A stretch of 63,525 nucleotides of DNA, counting the filler, from Lama guanicoe (Eukaryota): the NCBI GenBank assembly GCA_013239625.1. It is 132 parts of 132 records of this genome, joined end to end, with 100 filler letters (N's around TTAATTAATTAA, not from the genome) between each part and the next. Parts side by side here need not be neighbours in the genome. Positions count along the whole stretch, not along the records: positions 38,492 to 38,874 come from PNXV01059006.1; positions 38,975 to 39,357 come from PNXV01059007.1; positions 39,458 to 39,840 come from PNXV01059008.1; positions 39,941 to 40,323 come from PNXV01059009.1; positions 40,424 to 40,806 come from PNXV01059010.1; positions 40,907 to 41,289 come from PNXV01059011.1; positions 41,390 to 41,772 come from PNXV01059012.1; positions 41,873 to 42,255 come from PNXV01059013.1; 124 more parts are not named here. One strand, written 5' to 3'. The notes beneath the pieces are model-generated. The model was given only the letters and a program-made list of their open reading frames with translations. It did not search any database and had not been told where the DNA came from. Below are positions 38,492 through 51,657 of the stretch, one piece after another (within the stretch, counting starts at the first letter, position 1; every line of letters begins with the position of its first letter). The translations under genes and the position numbers were made by a program.

Positions 38492-38874
38492 AATATTTTC
38501 TCCCATTCAGTAGGTTGCCTTTTCATTTTGTTGACGGTTTTCTTTGCTGTGGAGAAGCTTTTTAATTTGACGTAGTCCTACTTGTTTATTTTTGCTTTTA
38601 TTGTCTTTGCTTTTCATGTCAAATCCAAAAAATCATCGCCAAGACTGAGGTCAAAGAGTGTACTGTCTGTATTTTTTTTCTAGAAGTTTTATGGCTTCAG
38701 GTTTTGCTTTGACGTCTTTAATCCATTGAGCTAATTTTTGTTTGGAGTAAGAGTGGGGTCCAGTTTGATTCTTCTGCATGTGTTTGTCCAGTTTTCCAAA
38801 CACCATTTAATAAAGAGACCGTCCTTTCCCCACTGTAAATTCTGGGCTCCTTTGTTGTAAATTAATTGACCATA
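38492..38874 (-). mobile_element. L1 ORF2 fragment, antisense
   Basis: ggttgccttttcattttgttga...gtctttaatccattgagctaatttttg...ccagttttccaaacaccatt. Confidence 0.9.
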
Positions 38875-40906
38875 NNNNNNNNNNNNNNNNNNNNNNNNNN
38901 NNNNNNNNNNNNNNNNNNTTAATTAATTAANNNNNNNNNNNNNNNNNNNNNNNNNNNNNNNNNNNNNNNNNNNNCCTTTTAATCACCATTAAAAAAAAGG
39001 GCTATATAGTTGCAGAAAATATGGCTTTGGGTATGGGACCGAGACACAACTATAAATGGGAAGACATTCAGTTGTCCTTCAAGAAATTTGCAGTATCTAC
39101 TTGAAGGCAAAGTATAAGCACATGTAATGATAACAGAGCACAATCTGTATTACAAAGGAAAGAAGATGCCTGTAGGTGCTTGAAAAAGTACCACTGGAGT
39201 TCTTATCTGAAGACATGAAATTTCAAAGGAGGGAAATTTGAAATTAAAAAGGGAGATTTTACAGATTTACCGGAAGTGCAAGCCACAAGACTAAGCCTTG
39301 GGAGGGAGAGAAAGGCCAGATCAAGGAACGCCTGCCAGGCCAGGCGATATTTGGGGCNNNNNNNNNNNNNNNNNNNNNNNNNNNNNNNNNNNNNNNNNNN
39401 NTTAATTAATTAANNNNNNNNNNNNNNNNNNNNNNNNNNNNNNNNNNNNNNNNNNNNTAAAATACAAAATATTTAATAAATAAAATACAAAAATGTGTTT
39501 AAAATACATTTTGATATTTTCATGTACGATTTTTTAAATATTTTGACATTGGTATTGTGAATATACAGGAACATGAAATATCAAAAATTCCTACAGAATA
39601 ATAATAAAAATATGTCTTCATATGTTTTCTGATTCTTAAATGTATCATTGTGAAACATATCATTAGCAATATTAGTTCTTTTTTAATTTATTATAATTGA
39701 ATTCATACCTTAAAGCCTGCAATGTGTACTAATTTGTAGACTGTTTCATACATAGAAGGATTGCATCTATAAGTACTCTGAATTATCAGCTTTTAATTTT
39801 ACTTAAAGAAATCTAATCCATTAATTCTCTGTGTCTGACTNNNNNNNNNNNNNNNNNNNNNNNNNNNNNNNNNNNNNNNNNNNNTTAATTAATTAANNNN
39901 NNNNNNNNNNNNNNNNNNNNNNNNNNNNNNNNNNNNNNNNGGCTGGGCAGTGTGTGTGCCGCTCTGCAGAAGGATGCCAAGAGAGGGCGGCACTGAGAAT
40001 TACAGAGTCTAACATCTACAGTCTGGTTTTACAGACTGGACCCTGATAAAAAAAGAAATTAATGAAAACTCAGAGTGGAGGCTTCGGTGCTCTATGGTGG
40101 TTAGGAACGCTGCCTGTCTTCGTCTAGTTCTCTGCCCAGCCTGACCAGTTTCTCACTGTCAATTAATCTTCATTAAGACACTGATGACAGCTTAACATTG
40201 TGCCCCTTTCCTAGGAATTTCTGCAAAAATAAGATCTTTCCTGTTTATCTTTCTAACTCTTTATTATACATTCAGACACGATCTCAGAGCAATTTCATGT
40301 GGTAGGTGGTGTCTTTTTTTTTTNNNNNNNNNNNNNNNNNNNNNNNNNNNNNNNNNNNNNNNNNNNNTTAATTAATTAANNNNNNNNNNNNNNNNNNNNN
40401 NNNNNNNNNNNNNNNNNNNNNNNTTTCCCGATTTCCATTTTCCTCCAAAATATGGGCATACTCAAGCTAAATTCAAAGCTACATTTAGCTAAGATAAAGA
40501 TTAATGAGGTTTTAGAAAAACAAAGATTACTTGCAATACAAACTGTCTCAAATATAATTACAGTTCAGTGTTTTGGTCACTAGTGAATTTTAAAACAACA
40601 ATTTTGTAGCAAATCACAAGCCTTATTCATTCTAGCTAGAACTGAACCATAGAACCAGATTTGCAGCTTCAAAATGACAGGAATTCCCAGGAGAATAAAG
40701 CATATTGATTTATCACTGAAAATCCTCATTATTTTAATCACTGCCATGTGACTGGTTTGGGAGTATGGCCATGGCTTCAGTCTGATAAAATTGTTGTTGA
40801 TTAGATNNNNNNNNNNNNNNNNNNNNNNNNNNNNNNNNNNNNNNNNNNNNTTAATTAATTAANNNNNNNNNNNNNNNNNNNNNNNNNNNNNNNNNNNNNN
40901 NNNNNN

Positions 40907-41289
40907 ATTATGAGAATAAAGGGCATGAAGACTAGGCATTGCAGCAAAATCTGTTGTGATGCCTGGATTCATACTCAGGCCTCCGGGAAAAGTGAGCAGG
41001 AGAGAGAGCGACTGAGCCAGTGGGGCTGATTCCTGGCCAGGAATGTAGGAAGGCAAGGTCAAGAAAAAGAGAGACCAGAGGGAAGGGAACACAAAGAAAT
41101 ACCACTAGGGCTAATGGCACTTGTCATGGCCACACATCCCTAACATGCCCTGAGCCCTTCCCATGAGATCTTTGTAAGGTGGTCAGTGGTGCTCCTTCTT
41201 CTCTCACCTCCCCTCTCCTCATTTCTCAGATGAGGCCATTGCCTGACAGATGAGCACCAGGCGGGCCCAGTCTCTAATGGAGATACTGA
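40907..41289 (-). repeat. Dispersed duplicate, copy 2 (reverse complement of 23565-23946)
   Basis: See copy 1. The ORF track shows the same peptides (MPLALVV.., SAPLAQSLSLLLTFPGG..) for both. Confidence 0.95.
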
Positions 41290-41389
41290 NNNNNNNNNNN
41301 NNNNNNNNNNNNNNNNNNNNNNNNNNNNNNNNNTTAATTAATTAANNNNNNNNNNNNNNNNNNNNNNNNNNNNNNNNNNNNNNNNNNNN

Positions 41390-41772
41390 TATGTATTTCC
41401 TTCTCTATCAGCTGCAAGTGCCTAGAAGCAATGCTCCCAAAGCTATAAGCGCACTCCACCTAGATCTTATTTTCTCCAATAAAAGGTACCAAAACTCCTT
41501 GGAGAAATGGTTGATTCTGGGGTTTGGGTGGGGAATATATAATATTATCTGGGAATATTTTATAGTGCCACAGAGCAAAAAAACTGCTAAAAATCAAACC
41601 AAACCAAACAAGCAGAAGCAATGGGAATATGTCAAAGGGACATGGGAGCCAACAAAAGAGCTCCTAACAGCCGTAGCTGGAACAATATATGAGCAACAGA
41701 ATTTTAAACATAGGATTAGATTATAACCTAAGCTATAAAATAAGTATCTTTGAATCCAAACGTTAAAAATTA
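41390..41772 (+). mobile_element. L1MC-type 3' region
   Basis: cacctagatcttattttct...aaaactccttggagaaatggttgattc...atgtcaaagggacatgggagccaac. Confidence 0.6.
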
Positions 41773-42560
41773 NNNNNNNNNNNNNNNNNNNNNNNNNNNN
41801 NNNNNNNNNNNNNNNNTTAATTAATTAANNNNNNNNNNNNNNNNNNNNNNNNNNNNNNNNNNNNNNNNNNNNTTGTATCTGTGGGCCATTCATGTAGCTT
41901 CTTTTAAAGTATCTAAACTTTTGCCCATTTTAATTTGGTTGTTTGTTAATCATTTTTGGGGGGAAATTTTATATGTGTGCTGGACAAAACTGCTTTTTCA
42001 GATTTTCTTCTAGAGGTTTTATCGCTTCAGTTGTTTGGCCCAGGATCCTGCAGTGATACAAAGCAGAGCTGTGCTACCACTAGGGGGCAGAAAACTCTCT
42101 CCCATCTGAGAGCTCCACGTATACAAACAGATGTGGGTAAGGGGATGGAGTAGGTAGGAGAGGCCATATAGTTAGTGAAACCCTGGCCCACGGTACACAG
42201 ACTCTGATGACTGAGAAGGTAGCAGAACCAAGAACCACTCCCTGTCATCACTTTANNNNNNNNNNNNNNNNNNNNNNNNNNNNNNNNNNNNNNNNNNNNT
42301 TAATTAATTAANNNNNNNNNNNNNNNNNNNNNNNNNNNNNNNNNNNNNNNNNNNNTCCTTCAAAAAGCAAAGCTGACACTGGTGGTGTGTGTGCAAGAAA
42401 CCCTAACCGGCAGCCCTTCCCCAGGACAATAGTTTTTAAAATAAAAATTTTTGAAGTTCCCTGATGCGGATGATCGTCATCTAAGCAGCAAATGAGTTCG
42501 GTTATGGGTCAAACTCTTAAGGCTGCAACACCAGCTTGAGAACACTAGGGGCGCCACTCC

Positions 42561-42591
42561 AGCGGTACTGCCTCTGGTTCCCAGGTGGCGC
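42561..42591 (+). promoter_or_regulatory. Possible CTCF site (core CCAGGTGGCGC plus upstream-motif-like AGCGGTACT)
   Basis: Motif similarity only; the 5' part of the core is imperfect. Confidence 0.3.
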
Positions 42592-43599
42592 CTGAGCTTC
42601 ATCCTGAACTTGGACTCAGAGGCAGAGTTTGGTGTCGAGTGGCTAAAACAGTTCTTGTAGTTCTTGTCTGTTAGCATCATTTTGCAGCCTCTGAAGAACT
42701 AAGATGGAAATGGAGGTTTCGAGAGCAGCTGTAAAACTNNNNNNNNNNNNNNNNNNNNNNNNNNNNNNNNNNNNNNNNNNNNTTAATTAATTAANNNNNN
42801 NNNNNNNNNNNNNNNNNNNNNNNNNNNNNNNNNNNNNNTATTCCAAGTCCCAGGCTGAAGGAGTGAAAACACAGATACTTAAACAAAGATCAGACCAATT
42901 CAGTGGGAGAACGCTGCCTGACTTAAAATGTGAAATGTCTGTAACCCTTACCGAAGCAAAATAAAACGATTTAACACAGAACAGAGAATAGCGTGTCTGT
43001 CTGGGACGCAGTGTCTCCCTCCCCCCTCTCCGCTCTCTCATTTCTTTAGTTGTTTTCTCCAGAATGTGATCTGGAGCTCGCCACCCTCCAGCAAACCAGA
43101 AGTCCTCTGTGACTGTAATGACTTCATTCTCCTAAAAGGATTTCTAAAAACAGAGAAATCTGAGAAGGAAGCTTGGTGGATTCTTAAATAGGTTCTAAGG
43201 AAAAGTGTCTGAAACGTGGAANNNNNNNNNNNNNNNNNNNNNNNNNNNNNNNNNNNNNNNNNNNNTTAATTAATTAANNNNNNNNNNNNNNNNNNNNNNN
43301 NNNNNNNNNNNNNNNNNNNNNTCGCATGACAGACAAGGAAAGGTTTTAAATCTGCCCTGGAACCTCACACAACAGCCTAGGGGTAGCTGGTCCTGCAAAC
43401 GAAGAAGAAATAAATGAACAGAGGGATGGAGAAATAGATCATGAAGAATGAACCAATGACACAGAGCCAGGACTAGATCGCAGACAGGGGTCCCCGTTGG
43501 GGGCTATTTTCTTTATAGCTGCTTTTATGACTCGTGCCCCACCTCCTCCTTTACAATTTCTCTTCCTCTGCCCTCCGCCACTTGTCATTTCACGCTCCA

Positions 43600-43704
43600 A
43601 CTCTACCCGTTCCAGAAGCGCGCCGCCCTCCCGGCTCCTCCGCCCCTCCCTGGCGCCCCGCCCCTCCGCTGCGAGGCCGCGCCCGGAGGCGGGAGGCGGG
43701 AGGC
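43600..43704. promoter_or_regulatory. Edge of a CpG-island promoter with Sp/KLF GC boxes
   Basis: cgccgccctccc, ccccgcccc, gggaggcgggaggc; the contig breaks at high GC. Confidence 0.6.
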
Positions 43705-44287
43705 NNNNNNNNNNNNNNNNNNNNNNNNNNNNNNNNNNNNNNNNNNNNTTAATTAATTAANNNNNNNNNNNNNNNNNNNNNNNNNNNNNNNNNNNNNNNN
43801 NNNNCCAGTCCTACCCCCTGTCCACCTGTCACCTGGCAGTCCTGGCAGAGGCAAGCCTGGTCACCAAGGAGGGGCTGGCAAAAAGCCTCCATTGAAGGGA
43901 GGATTCATCAATGTGGTGAGGGCTTCTCCCCTTCTTCAGGGAAGCCTGGCACACTGCTGTCTGTCTCCCTGGTCTCCTTCCCACTGGAGTGTCGCCTCTG
44001 GTGTCGGCTCTGTTCATGGCTCTCACTGGCACACTAGAGGTGCTCCATGAAGATCTGATGGGCCAGGGAACAAATGGTCTCTTTCTCCTGCCCAGGCTTC
44101 CAGGTCCTACCTGAACATCTGCAACATTTACTCCTGTGTCTGCATGTTGCTGAGCCTACAAGGTTTCCCATGCAGGGCTTCTCCTCCNNNNNNNNNNNNN
44201 NNNNNNNNNNNNNNNNNNNNNNNNNNNNNNNTTAATTAATTAANNNNNNNNNNNNNNNNNNNNNNNNNNNNNNNNNNNNNNNNNNNN

Positions 44288-44669
44288 GATACAAGATTAA
44301 CATACAGAAATCAGTTGAAATTCTTTACACTAACAATGAAATATCAGAAAAAGACAGAAAAGAGACTCCCTGCAAAATCTCATCCAAAACAATCAAATAC
44401 TTAGGAAGAAATCTGACCAAGGAGATGAAGGACTTATATGCAGAGAATTACAAAACATTCATTAAGGAAATTAAAGATGACTTAAAGAAATTGAAAAGAT
44501 AGCCCATACTCTTGTTGTAAGAATCAATATTGTTAAAATGGTCATACTGGCCAAGGCAATCTACACATTTAATGCAGTCCCTATGAAATTACTCACAACT
44601 TTTCCACAGAACAAGAATAGACAATCCTAAAATTTATATAGAATCACAAAAGACCCAGAATTGCCACAA
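44288..44669 (+). mobile_element. L1 ORF2 fragment
   Basis: YKINIQKSV..LYTNNE...IKYLG.NLTKEMKDLY.ENYKT. Confidence 0.9.
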
Positions 44670-47600
44670 NNNNNNNNNNNNNNNNNNNNNNNNNNNNNNN
44701 NNNNNNNNNNNNNTTAATTAATTAANNNNNNNNNNNNNNNNNNNNNNNNNNNNNNNNNNNNNNNNNNNNATGGGAAATAACAGAGTTTAAAGTAATCTAA
44801 GCAAAAGCCTGATTAAAAGAATTCATTATGGAAACCAATCAACTTTCATTCCCAATAGGTGACATGAACAGTCAGGCATTCTGCTACGTCAAGCAAAAGT
44901 CGGGCTTAAATATTGCCCTGTTGCATTCATTAGCAGAGTTCACCAGGCCAAAGTAATCAAGTACACCACAAATTCCTGGGGCCCTTTCCGCCTCTGTCTA
45001 ACAGAACTAGGTGGTTTCTAGCTGCCAACAGGATGGGCAACTCTCAGGAGGAGAAAGTAAACCGTTTAGCAAAGTCTGGTTAATCCGCATCAAGTCATTA
45101 ACGTAAGAATATAATTCTAAGACTCTGCTGATCTCTGGGCATGATGCCTTGTNNNNNNNNNNNNNNNNNNNNNNNNNNNNNNNNNNNNNNNNNNNNTTAA
45201 TTAATTAANNNNNNNNNNNNNNNNNNNNNNNNNNNNNNNNNNNNNNNNNNNNGGCCACTGAGATCTGTGCTGACCCTGATGTCAATAAACAAACAGACAA
45301 AAAAAAAGTTTTCTGGGAAGGGAATCTCTGAGAATCATGTGGAACATGCCTTCACTGTGACACGTGAGACCTCCTGGGCAAGTTAGTAAGTGGTGGCAGA
45401 AAACACCCTCCAGTCACAGCTCCTGGCAAATGACTTACGCAAACCAAGCGCACTTCATTTTCGCCTTCTGTCCCCTAGACGTGAGTCTGTTCTGGCTGCT
45501 GCTGGAATCTGCGCTCCTCAAACTGCAATTCTAAGACCCCAGATAACACATTTCTCTGTTTCAAAGTCTGCCTCTTTTTCTCAGATGGCAATACTGCTTA
45601 TTGAAAAGTTAGATAATGTAAAAATTATAAAAAGGNNNNNNNNNNNNNNNNNNNNNNNNNNNNNNNNNNNNNNNNNNNNTTAATTAATTAANNNNNNNNN
45701 NNNNNNNNNNNNNNNNNNNNNNNNNNNNNNNNNNNTCAAGATCAACAGAGAGCTCTAGAGCCCAAACTTCAAAGATTAGGAAGCCGACTGAGAAAGGAAT
45801 TCATATTTTTCATGGGGAAGGAAAAATGTTTCTCAGTAGATATGAACAAGCATCATGGAGAAAAATGGACTAGGGACCACACCCTGGAAGCAGAGCTGGG
45901 ACCCAATCAAGAAATACTTCCTATCCTTGAAGAAATAGTTTTGCCCATCTTGATTTTAGAATAATCTCAATCCCTTTTTGTCCAAGATTCTTTCTCACAT
46001 CCTAACTCAATCCTTTCTTACTGTCTCTTTACTGTCTCCCTGCTTCTACTCTTATTTCTCTATAACATAGTGTCCACATAGTAGCCAGAGAGGTCCTTTT
46101 ATAACTTAAGGTAGATCANNNNNNNNNNNNNNNNNNNNNNNNNNNNNNNNNNNNNNNNNNNNTTAATTAATTAANNNNNNNNNNNNNNNNNNNNNNNNNN
46201 NNNNNNNNNNNNNNNNNNGTGCAGCCAAGGTGAATGAGCACTGCCTGGAATGGTGGACACAGAAGAGAAGTGTAAAAAGGGGGAAAAGGAAAAGACTGGA
46301 ATAAATGTATAAGAAAACAGACATTGATTTGTATCCTTTCAAAACACAAATAAAAAAATTCAAATTAAAAATTAGCCGCTATGACATGTATGTAGAATGA
46401 AAGACACATTGGTTTATATAGCTGTCTCCCATTATTTCAAATGTGCCTTCATTATTGCGGCCTCCTTTTCATTGTAGACTAGGTGCCCATTTGTCTTGAA
46501 CTATGTCGCAGTCACTGCTCCCCCTTCGGTTTGGGATGTGCACAAAGCAGACTGGCTCTCATCCTAAAGTCAGAGAAAGTGTAGAAGAAGCAGGGAAACA
46601 TNNNNNNNNNNNNNNNNNNNNNNNNNNNNNNNNNNNNNNNNNNNNTTAATTAATTAANNNNNNNNNNNNNNNNNNNNNNNNNNNNNNNNNNNNNNNNNNN
46701 NCACCCATTCCCCAAGAGGCACAATCCCCAAAGGGGCCAACTCCAAGCTCCTGACACTCTACTCAGCTTCACAAAGTGCCACATCCACGACCTTGTCCCT
46801 AATTGGACAGACAGGCCAGAATCATCTTCCACCCAAGGAGTCCCACACGGGACCCTAGGCCTCTGGTACACAGCCCGGGGACAACCATAGTCCACACGAG
46901 GACCGAGGAGCTGACCCCTTCCTAAACACACACTCTAAATATTTCAGGGGTCAGTTATTCCTCACAACAACCTTCTCTGGCTGTTACTAACTCATCTTCC
47001 AGATCTGAAACAGAGCCACAGGGGAACCCAGTGCCTTTCTCAAGGCTAGAGCAGCTGAACCTTGACACCTGCAAAGCCCATCCTNNNNNNNNNNNNNNNN
47101 NNNNNNNNNNNNNNNNNNNNNNNNNNNNTTAATTAATTAANNNNNNNNNNNNNNNNNNNNNNNNNNNNNNNNNNNNNNNNNNNNGGATTACACAAAACTG
47201 TACAACAGTTTCTGGCATATCATTAGACTACTTGGTCAATTTAAGTTATAGAAATACTCAGTCACTATCATCTAGGTTTTAGATGAATGATAGGACCACT
47301 GTCAGACTCAGAGTTCTCTTTATGACAGTGTCTATCTAGCACAGAGTTTGAAATCAATAAACACCAATTGAATCAATTAATCAGTGTCTTTCTGGTCTAA
47401 TCCCAGGATTAACATATACTCAAGTGGCAAATAGGTGATGTTCTAATGTTCTTTAAGATTGTGCATGAAAGAATAATAGGCACATGGACTATTGCAAATA
47501 ATAAAAAACTAGCCTTGATTCTATTTTCTAGCCCCCTCCTCAAATTTGTTTTTATTGACCCAGCCTCNNNNNNNNNNNNNNNNNNNNNNNNNNNNNNNNN

Positions 47601-49598
47601 NNNNNNNNNNNTTAATTAATTAANNNNNNNNNNNNNNNNNNNNNNNNNNNNNNNNNNNNNNNNNNNNGCTAAAAATAATTTAACACACTTTAAAGAAGCA
47701 AATACTGAATATTAGCCAAGAAATACTAAAATCAAAGGACTGAGATTTCCTCACAACTTCATTTTTTAAAAAAATCACTGTTTTCTGGAATTACAAGCAG
47801 AACATTAGTCAAGAAGAAGACAATCTTTGTATCAAGAAATGGAATACAGGCCTCTGGAATTCTAAGTTCTCTATCAACAGTTCTTGGAAATTTATCATCT
47901 TTGCCTATATTTCTGCTTTTAGCACTATGGTTCAAATACTTATTATTTAAATTTATCTATCCCTGAAAATTCCACAACTTAGATTATTATAAATGTTAAG
48001 TATCATATGTGGAAAAACTTTGAACCCCTGGTACTTAATGTGATGCACAGNNNNNNNNNNNNNNNNNNNNNNNNNNNNNNNNNNNNNNNNNNNNTTAATT
48101 AATTAANNNNNNNNNNNNNNNNNNNNNNNNNNNNNNNNNNNNNNNNNNNNAAAAAAAAAAGGCCAAGAAAGTGTAGATTCTTCTACTGAATAAAGAAAAT
48201 ATAGTAACTTATGTTGTTGAGGGCTTTTGTCTCTAAAGAAAATACAAGTATGATGCAAGTGTTCTTTGAGGACATTAAAAAATTCTTGTCACTAAATGCA
48301 AATTAGAGGCAGCAAGTTAAAGAAAGGGGGAGGGAGGAAGGAGAGGCACTAAAGAAAGAAAGACATAACCCAAAGGCTCAAAAATAACTAGCTTTTAACC
48401 TGGTCCCAGTATCCCTACCCACAAGATATTAATTACAAAGCGAATAGTAGTAATTTTTCAGTGGTTAACTAAGGGATCAGATTTCACATCAACTCTAATG
48501 AGGAACCAGACATCACATGCCTCCTTAATATGANNNNNNNNNNNNNNNNNNNNNNNNNNNNNNNNNNNNNNNNNNNNTTAATTAATTAANNNNNNNNNNN
48601 NNNNNNNNNNNNNNNNNNNNNNNNNNNNNNNNNAGTTGTGCTGTGAAGGAGCTGGGTGATGGCTGAAGGACTCTGGGAAGACAGGGAGATTAAATTTTTA
48701 ATTTTGAGGTAATTGTAGATTTACGTGCAGTTGTAATAGGAGCTCCTCTGTGTGCATAAATTTATTCAGTTTCCTCCGATGGCAAACCTCTTGCAAAACT
48801 ATCATACATCACTGCCAGGAAATTCAAGATACAGGACATTCCCAAAACAACAGGGACCCCCTCACAGGTGCCCTTTTAGCCACGCCCACATTCCCTCTGC
48901 CCCCACCCCCTACTGAACCCTGGGGGAAACTGCTAATCTGTTCCCCATTTCCGTTATTTTGTCATTTCAAGAATGCTACAACAAGATTACACTGTATAGC
49001 ACAGGGAAATATACANNNNNNNNNNNNNNNNNNNNNNNNNNNNNNNNNNNNNNNNNNNNTTAATTAATTAANNNNNNNNNNNNNNNNNNNNNNNNNNNNN
49101 NNNNNNNNNNNNNNNCTTGCCTTCTCACCTCCATCAGGTTGGTCTTCAAAAGTCATCTTTCATTGTCTTATTTAATACTGAAAACCCACCCAGCTCCCTT
49201 CTCTCCTTTTCCTGTTTTATTTTTATTTATAGTACTTATCACTATAGAATAAACACGCTATTCTAATTTATTATGTTCATTATCTGTCCCTTTCCATTAC
49301 AGTATAAATTCCATGGAGCCATGCCTTCCTGTTATTTTGCTTATTGCATTTAGACACTAACCCAGTGTCTAATACACAGAAGTCCTTTAATCAATAGCCA
49401 CTGAATGGGTAAACTGTAAGACAGATTGTTAGGATGGTATGTGGTCATGGTGGAGGCAGAACTAAAGAAATGGAAAGGTATAGCTGATTCTCACTCACNN
49501 NNNNNNNNNNNNNNNNNNNNNNNNNNNNNNNNNNNNNNNNNNTTAATTAATTAANNNNNNNNNNNNNNNNNNNNNNNNNNNNNNNNNNNNNNNNNNNN

Positions 49599-49931
49599 CA
49601 GTTTTGTTTCCTTTCATGGTGAAGTTGGTATTACAGGCAAATGTCACAGAATCACCATGTCTGTATGGTGGTCTAGACTTTTTACTTCTGTAACCCCCTG
49701 GTACTGTGGGTTCAGGGCAAATAGAATTTTTATTGTAATATTCACAAATGGGAGCAGCTTTATCCCAGATTCCATTTACTTGGTCTTTACTTATACAAAA
49801 GAGAATACTTTCTCCAATGAGGCGGAAGGCACCCTGACAGCTGTACCTCACCACAGTGTTAAGAGGTGTGGGGCCAGAATGATAACTATTCCGTCCATTC
49901 TTGATAAGAGGAGGAGGGTCACAAGAAATCC
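49599..49931 (-). CDS. CR2: Complement receptor 2 (CD21) exon encoding SCR1-SCR2, 3'-truncated by the contig end
   Basis: Acceptor ttttctactttgcag|. Peptide ISCDPPP..NGR.SY...VVRYSC...FRLIGE...[22 protein letters not shown]...[21 protein letters not shown] matches CR2. Confidence 0.93.
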
Positions 49932-50081
49932 CTGCAAAGTAGAAAAGAAAATATGTGGTCACACTGATCATGACAAGAAGANNNNNNNNNNNNNNNNNNN
50001 NNNNNNNNNNNNNNNNNNNNNNNNNTTAATTAATTAANNNNNNNNNNNNNNNNNNNNNNNNNNNNNNNNNNNNNNNNNNNN

Positions 50082-50464
50082 TGTTCTGAAGGCTTGCTCC
50101 TGGCTTCCATGGCCTATGATCGTTACGTGGCCATCTGCCACCCCCTCCACTACTGCATCCGTGTGAGTAAAAGGATGTGCGTGAAGATGATCGTGGGATC
50201 TTGGATCTTGGGGTCCATCAACTCCCTGGCACACACAGTCTATGCCCTCCATATCCCTTACTGCAGGTCCAGGGCTATTAATCACTTCTTCTGTGATGTC
50301 CCAGCCATGTTGCCTCTGGCATGTATGGGCACCTGGGTCTATGAGTACATGGTTTTTGTGAGCACCAGCCTCTTTCTCCTCTTCCCTTTCCTTGGCATCA
50401 CCGCTTCCTACGGCCGCGTTCTTTTTGCCGTCTACCATATGCGATCCAGAGATGGAAGAAAAAA
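50082..50464 (+). CDS. Olfactory receptor, OR2L13-like, TM3-IC3 fragment
   Basis: MAYDRYVAICHPLHY, INHFFCDVPAML, TWVYEYMVFVSTSLFLLFPF; frame open throughout. Confidence 0.92.
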
Positions 50465-51169
50465 NNNNNNNNNNNNNNNNNNNNNNNNNNNNNNNNNNNN
50501 NNNNNNNNTTAATTAATTAANNNNNNNNNNNNNNNNNNNNNNNNNNNNNNNNNNNNNNNNNNNNGCTCTATCAAGTCTCTCCAAATTGATATACAACCTT
50601 AATGTGATTCCTATCAAAGTGCTGTCAAGATTCCCTTGTAGATATCAAGAAGGTTGTAATTTACATTTATAAAAACAAAGGAACTAAAATAGTGAAAACA
50701 CTTTTGGAAAAAAAATGATCTGCCTGCCTAAATTTAATTATTATTATATAGCTATAGTAATCAAGATGATGCGGTATTGGTAAATTGAATGTAAAATGTA
50801 GAGGTATAAAACCTTTAGGAAAAAAAAACATAGGATGATATCTTTGGGAACACAGGCTGAGACATCCTGAGACGTGTCACCAAATGGTTGATATATACAA
50901 GAAAAATTGGACCTCATCTAAAGTAAAAACTTTAAAAAGAATTTTTTNNNNNNNNNNNNNNNNNNNNNNNNNNNNNNNNNNNNNNNNNNNNTTAATTAAT
51001 TAANNNNNNNNNNNNNNNNNNNNNNNNNNNNNNNNNNNNNNNNNNNNACAAAGCTGGCATAAAGCTTTCTCTAAATAAACTTTGGAAGTTTCACAGTAGA
51101 AGACCATCTGTATCTGATGACATCCTTAACCTAGGAAAGAAGGAAAGGCTAGTGACTAAAAGTATATGA

Positions 51170-51420
51170 GCCCTCAATTAGGCAATAAAGAGAAATGAAA
51201 AGCATCCAAATTGGAAAGATGGAAATCTGTCTCTATTTGTAAACAACATAATTTTATAAATAGAAAACCCTAAAGACTCCACCAAAAAAACTATTAGAAA
51301 TAAATGAATACAATAAAGTTATGGGGTACAAAATCAACATGCGATCTGTTGCAATTCTGTAGGGTAACAATGGGCTAACAGAAAAAGAAGTTAAGAAAGC
51401 AATCCCATCTATAATTACAC
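51170..51420 (+). mobile_element. L1 ORF2 RT fragment, decayed
   Basis: aaaagcatccaaattggaaag...tagaaaaccctaaagactccaccaaaaaaactattagaa...tacaaaatcaacat. Confidence 0.85.
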
Positions 51421-51531
51421 ACACACACACANNNNNNNNNNNNNNNNNNNNNNNNNNNNNNNNNNNNNNNNNNNNTTAATTAATTAANNNNNNNNNNNNN
51501 NNNNNNNNNNNNNNNNNNNNNNNNNNNNNNN

Positions 51532-51657
51532 AACAACACCGTGCAAATCAAACATGTGATCCAGACCCTGTCTCAGGAGTTTGCCCTGTCTCAGCACCCC
51601 CACAGCAGGAAAGGGGGCCTCATCGGCCTGGCCGCCTGCTCCATCGCACTGGGCAAG
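51532..51657 (+). CDS. VAC14: VAC14 N-terminal HEAT-repeat exon, 5'-truncated
   Basis: [42 protein letters not shown] followed by an AAG|gtgggc donor. Confidence 0.95.

Noticed and set aside
49657..50438. ORFs 49657-50037(+) and 50034-50438(-)
   Set aside because: Antisense shadows of the CR2 and olfactory receptor coding sequences.
49599..51657. Apparent gene cluster CR2 - OR - VAC14
   Set aside because: The adjacency comes from sorting contigs by length; the fragments are separated by artificial linkers.
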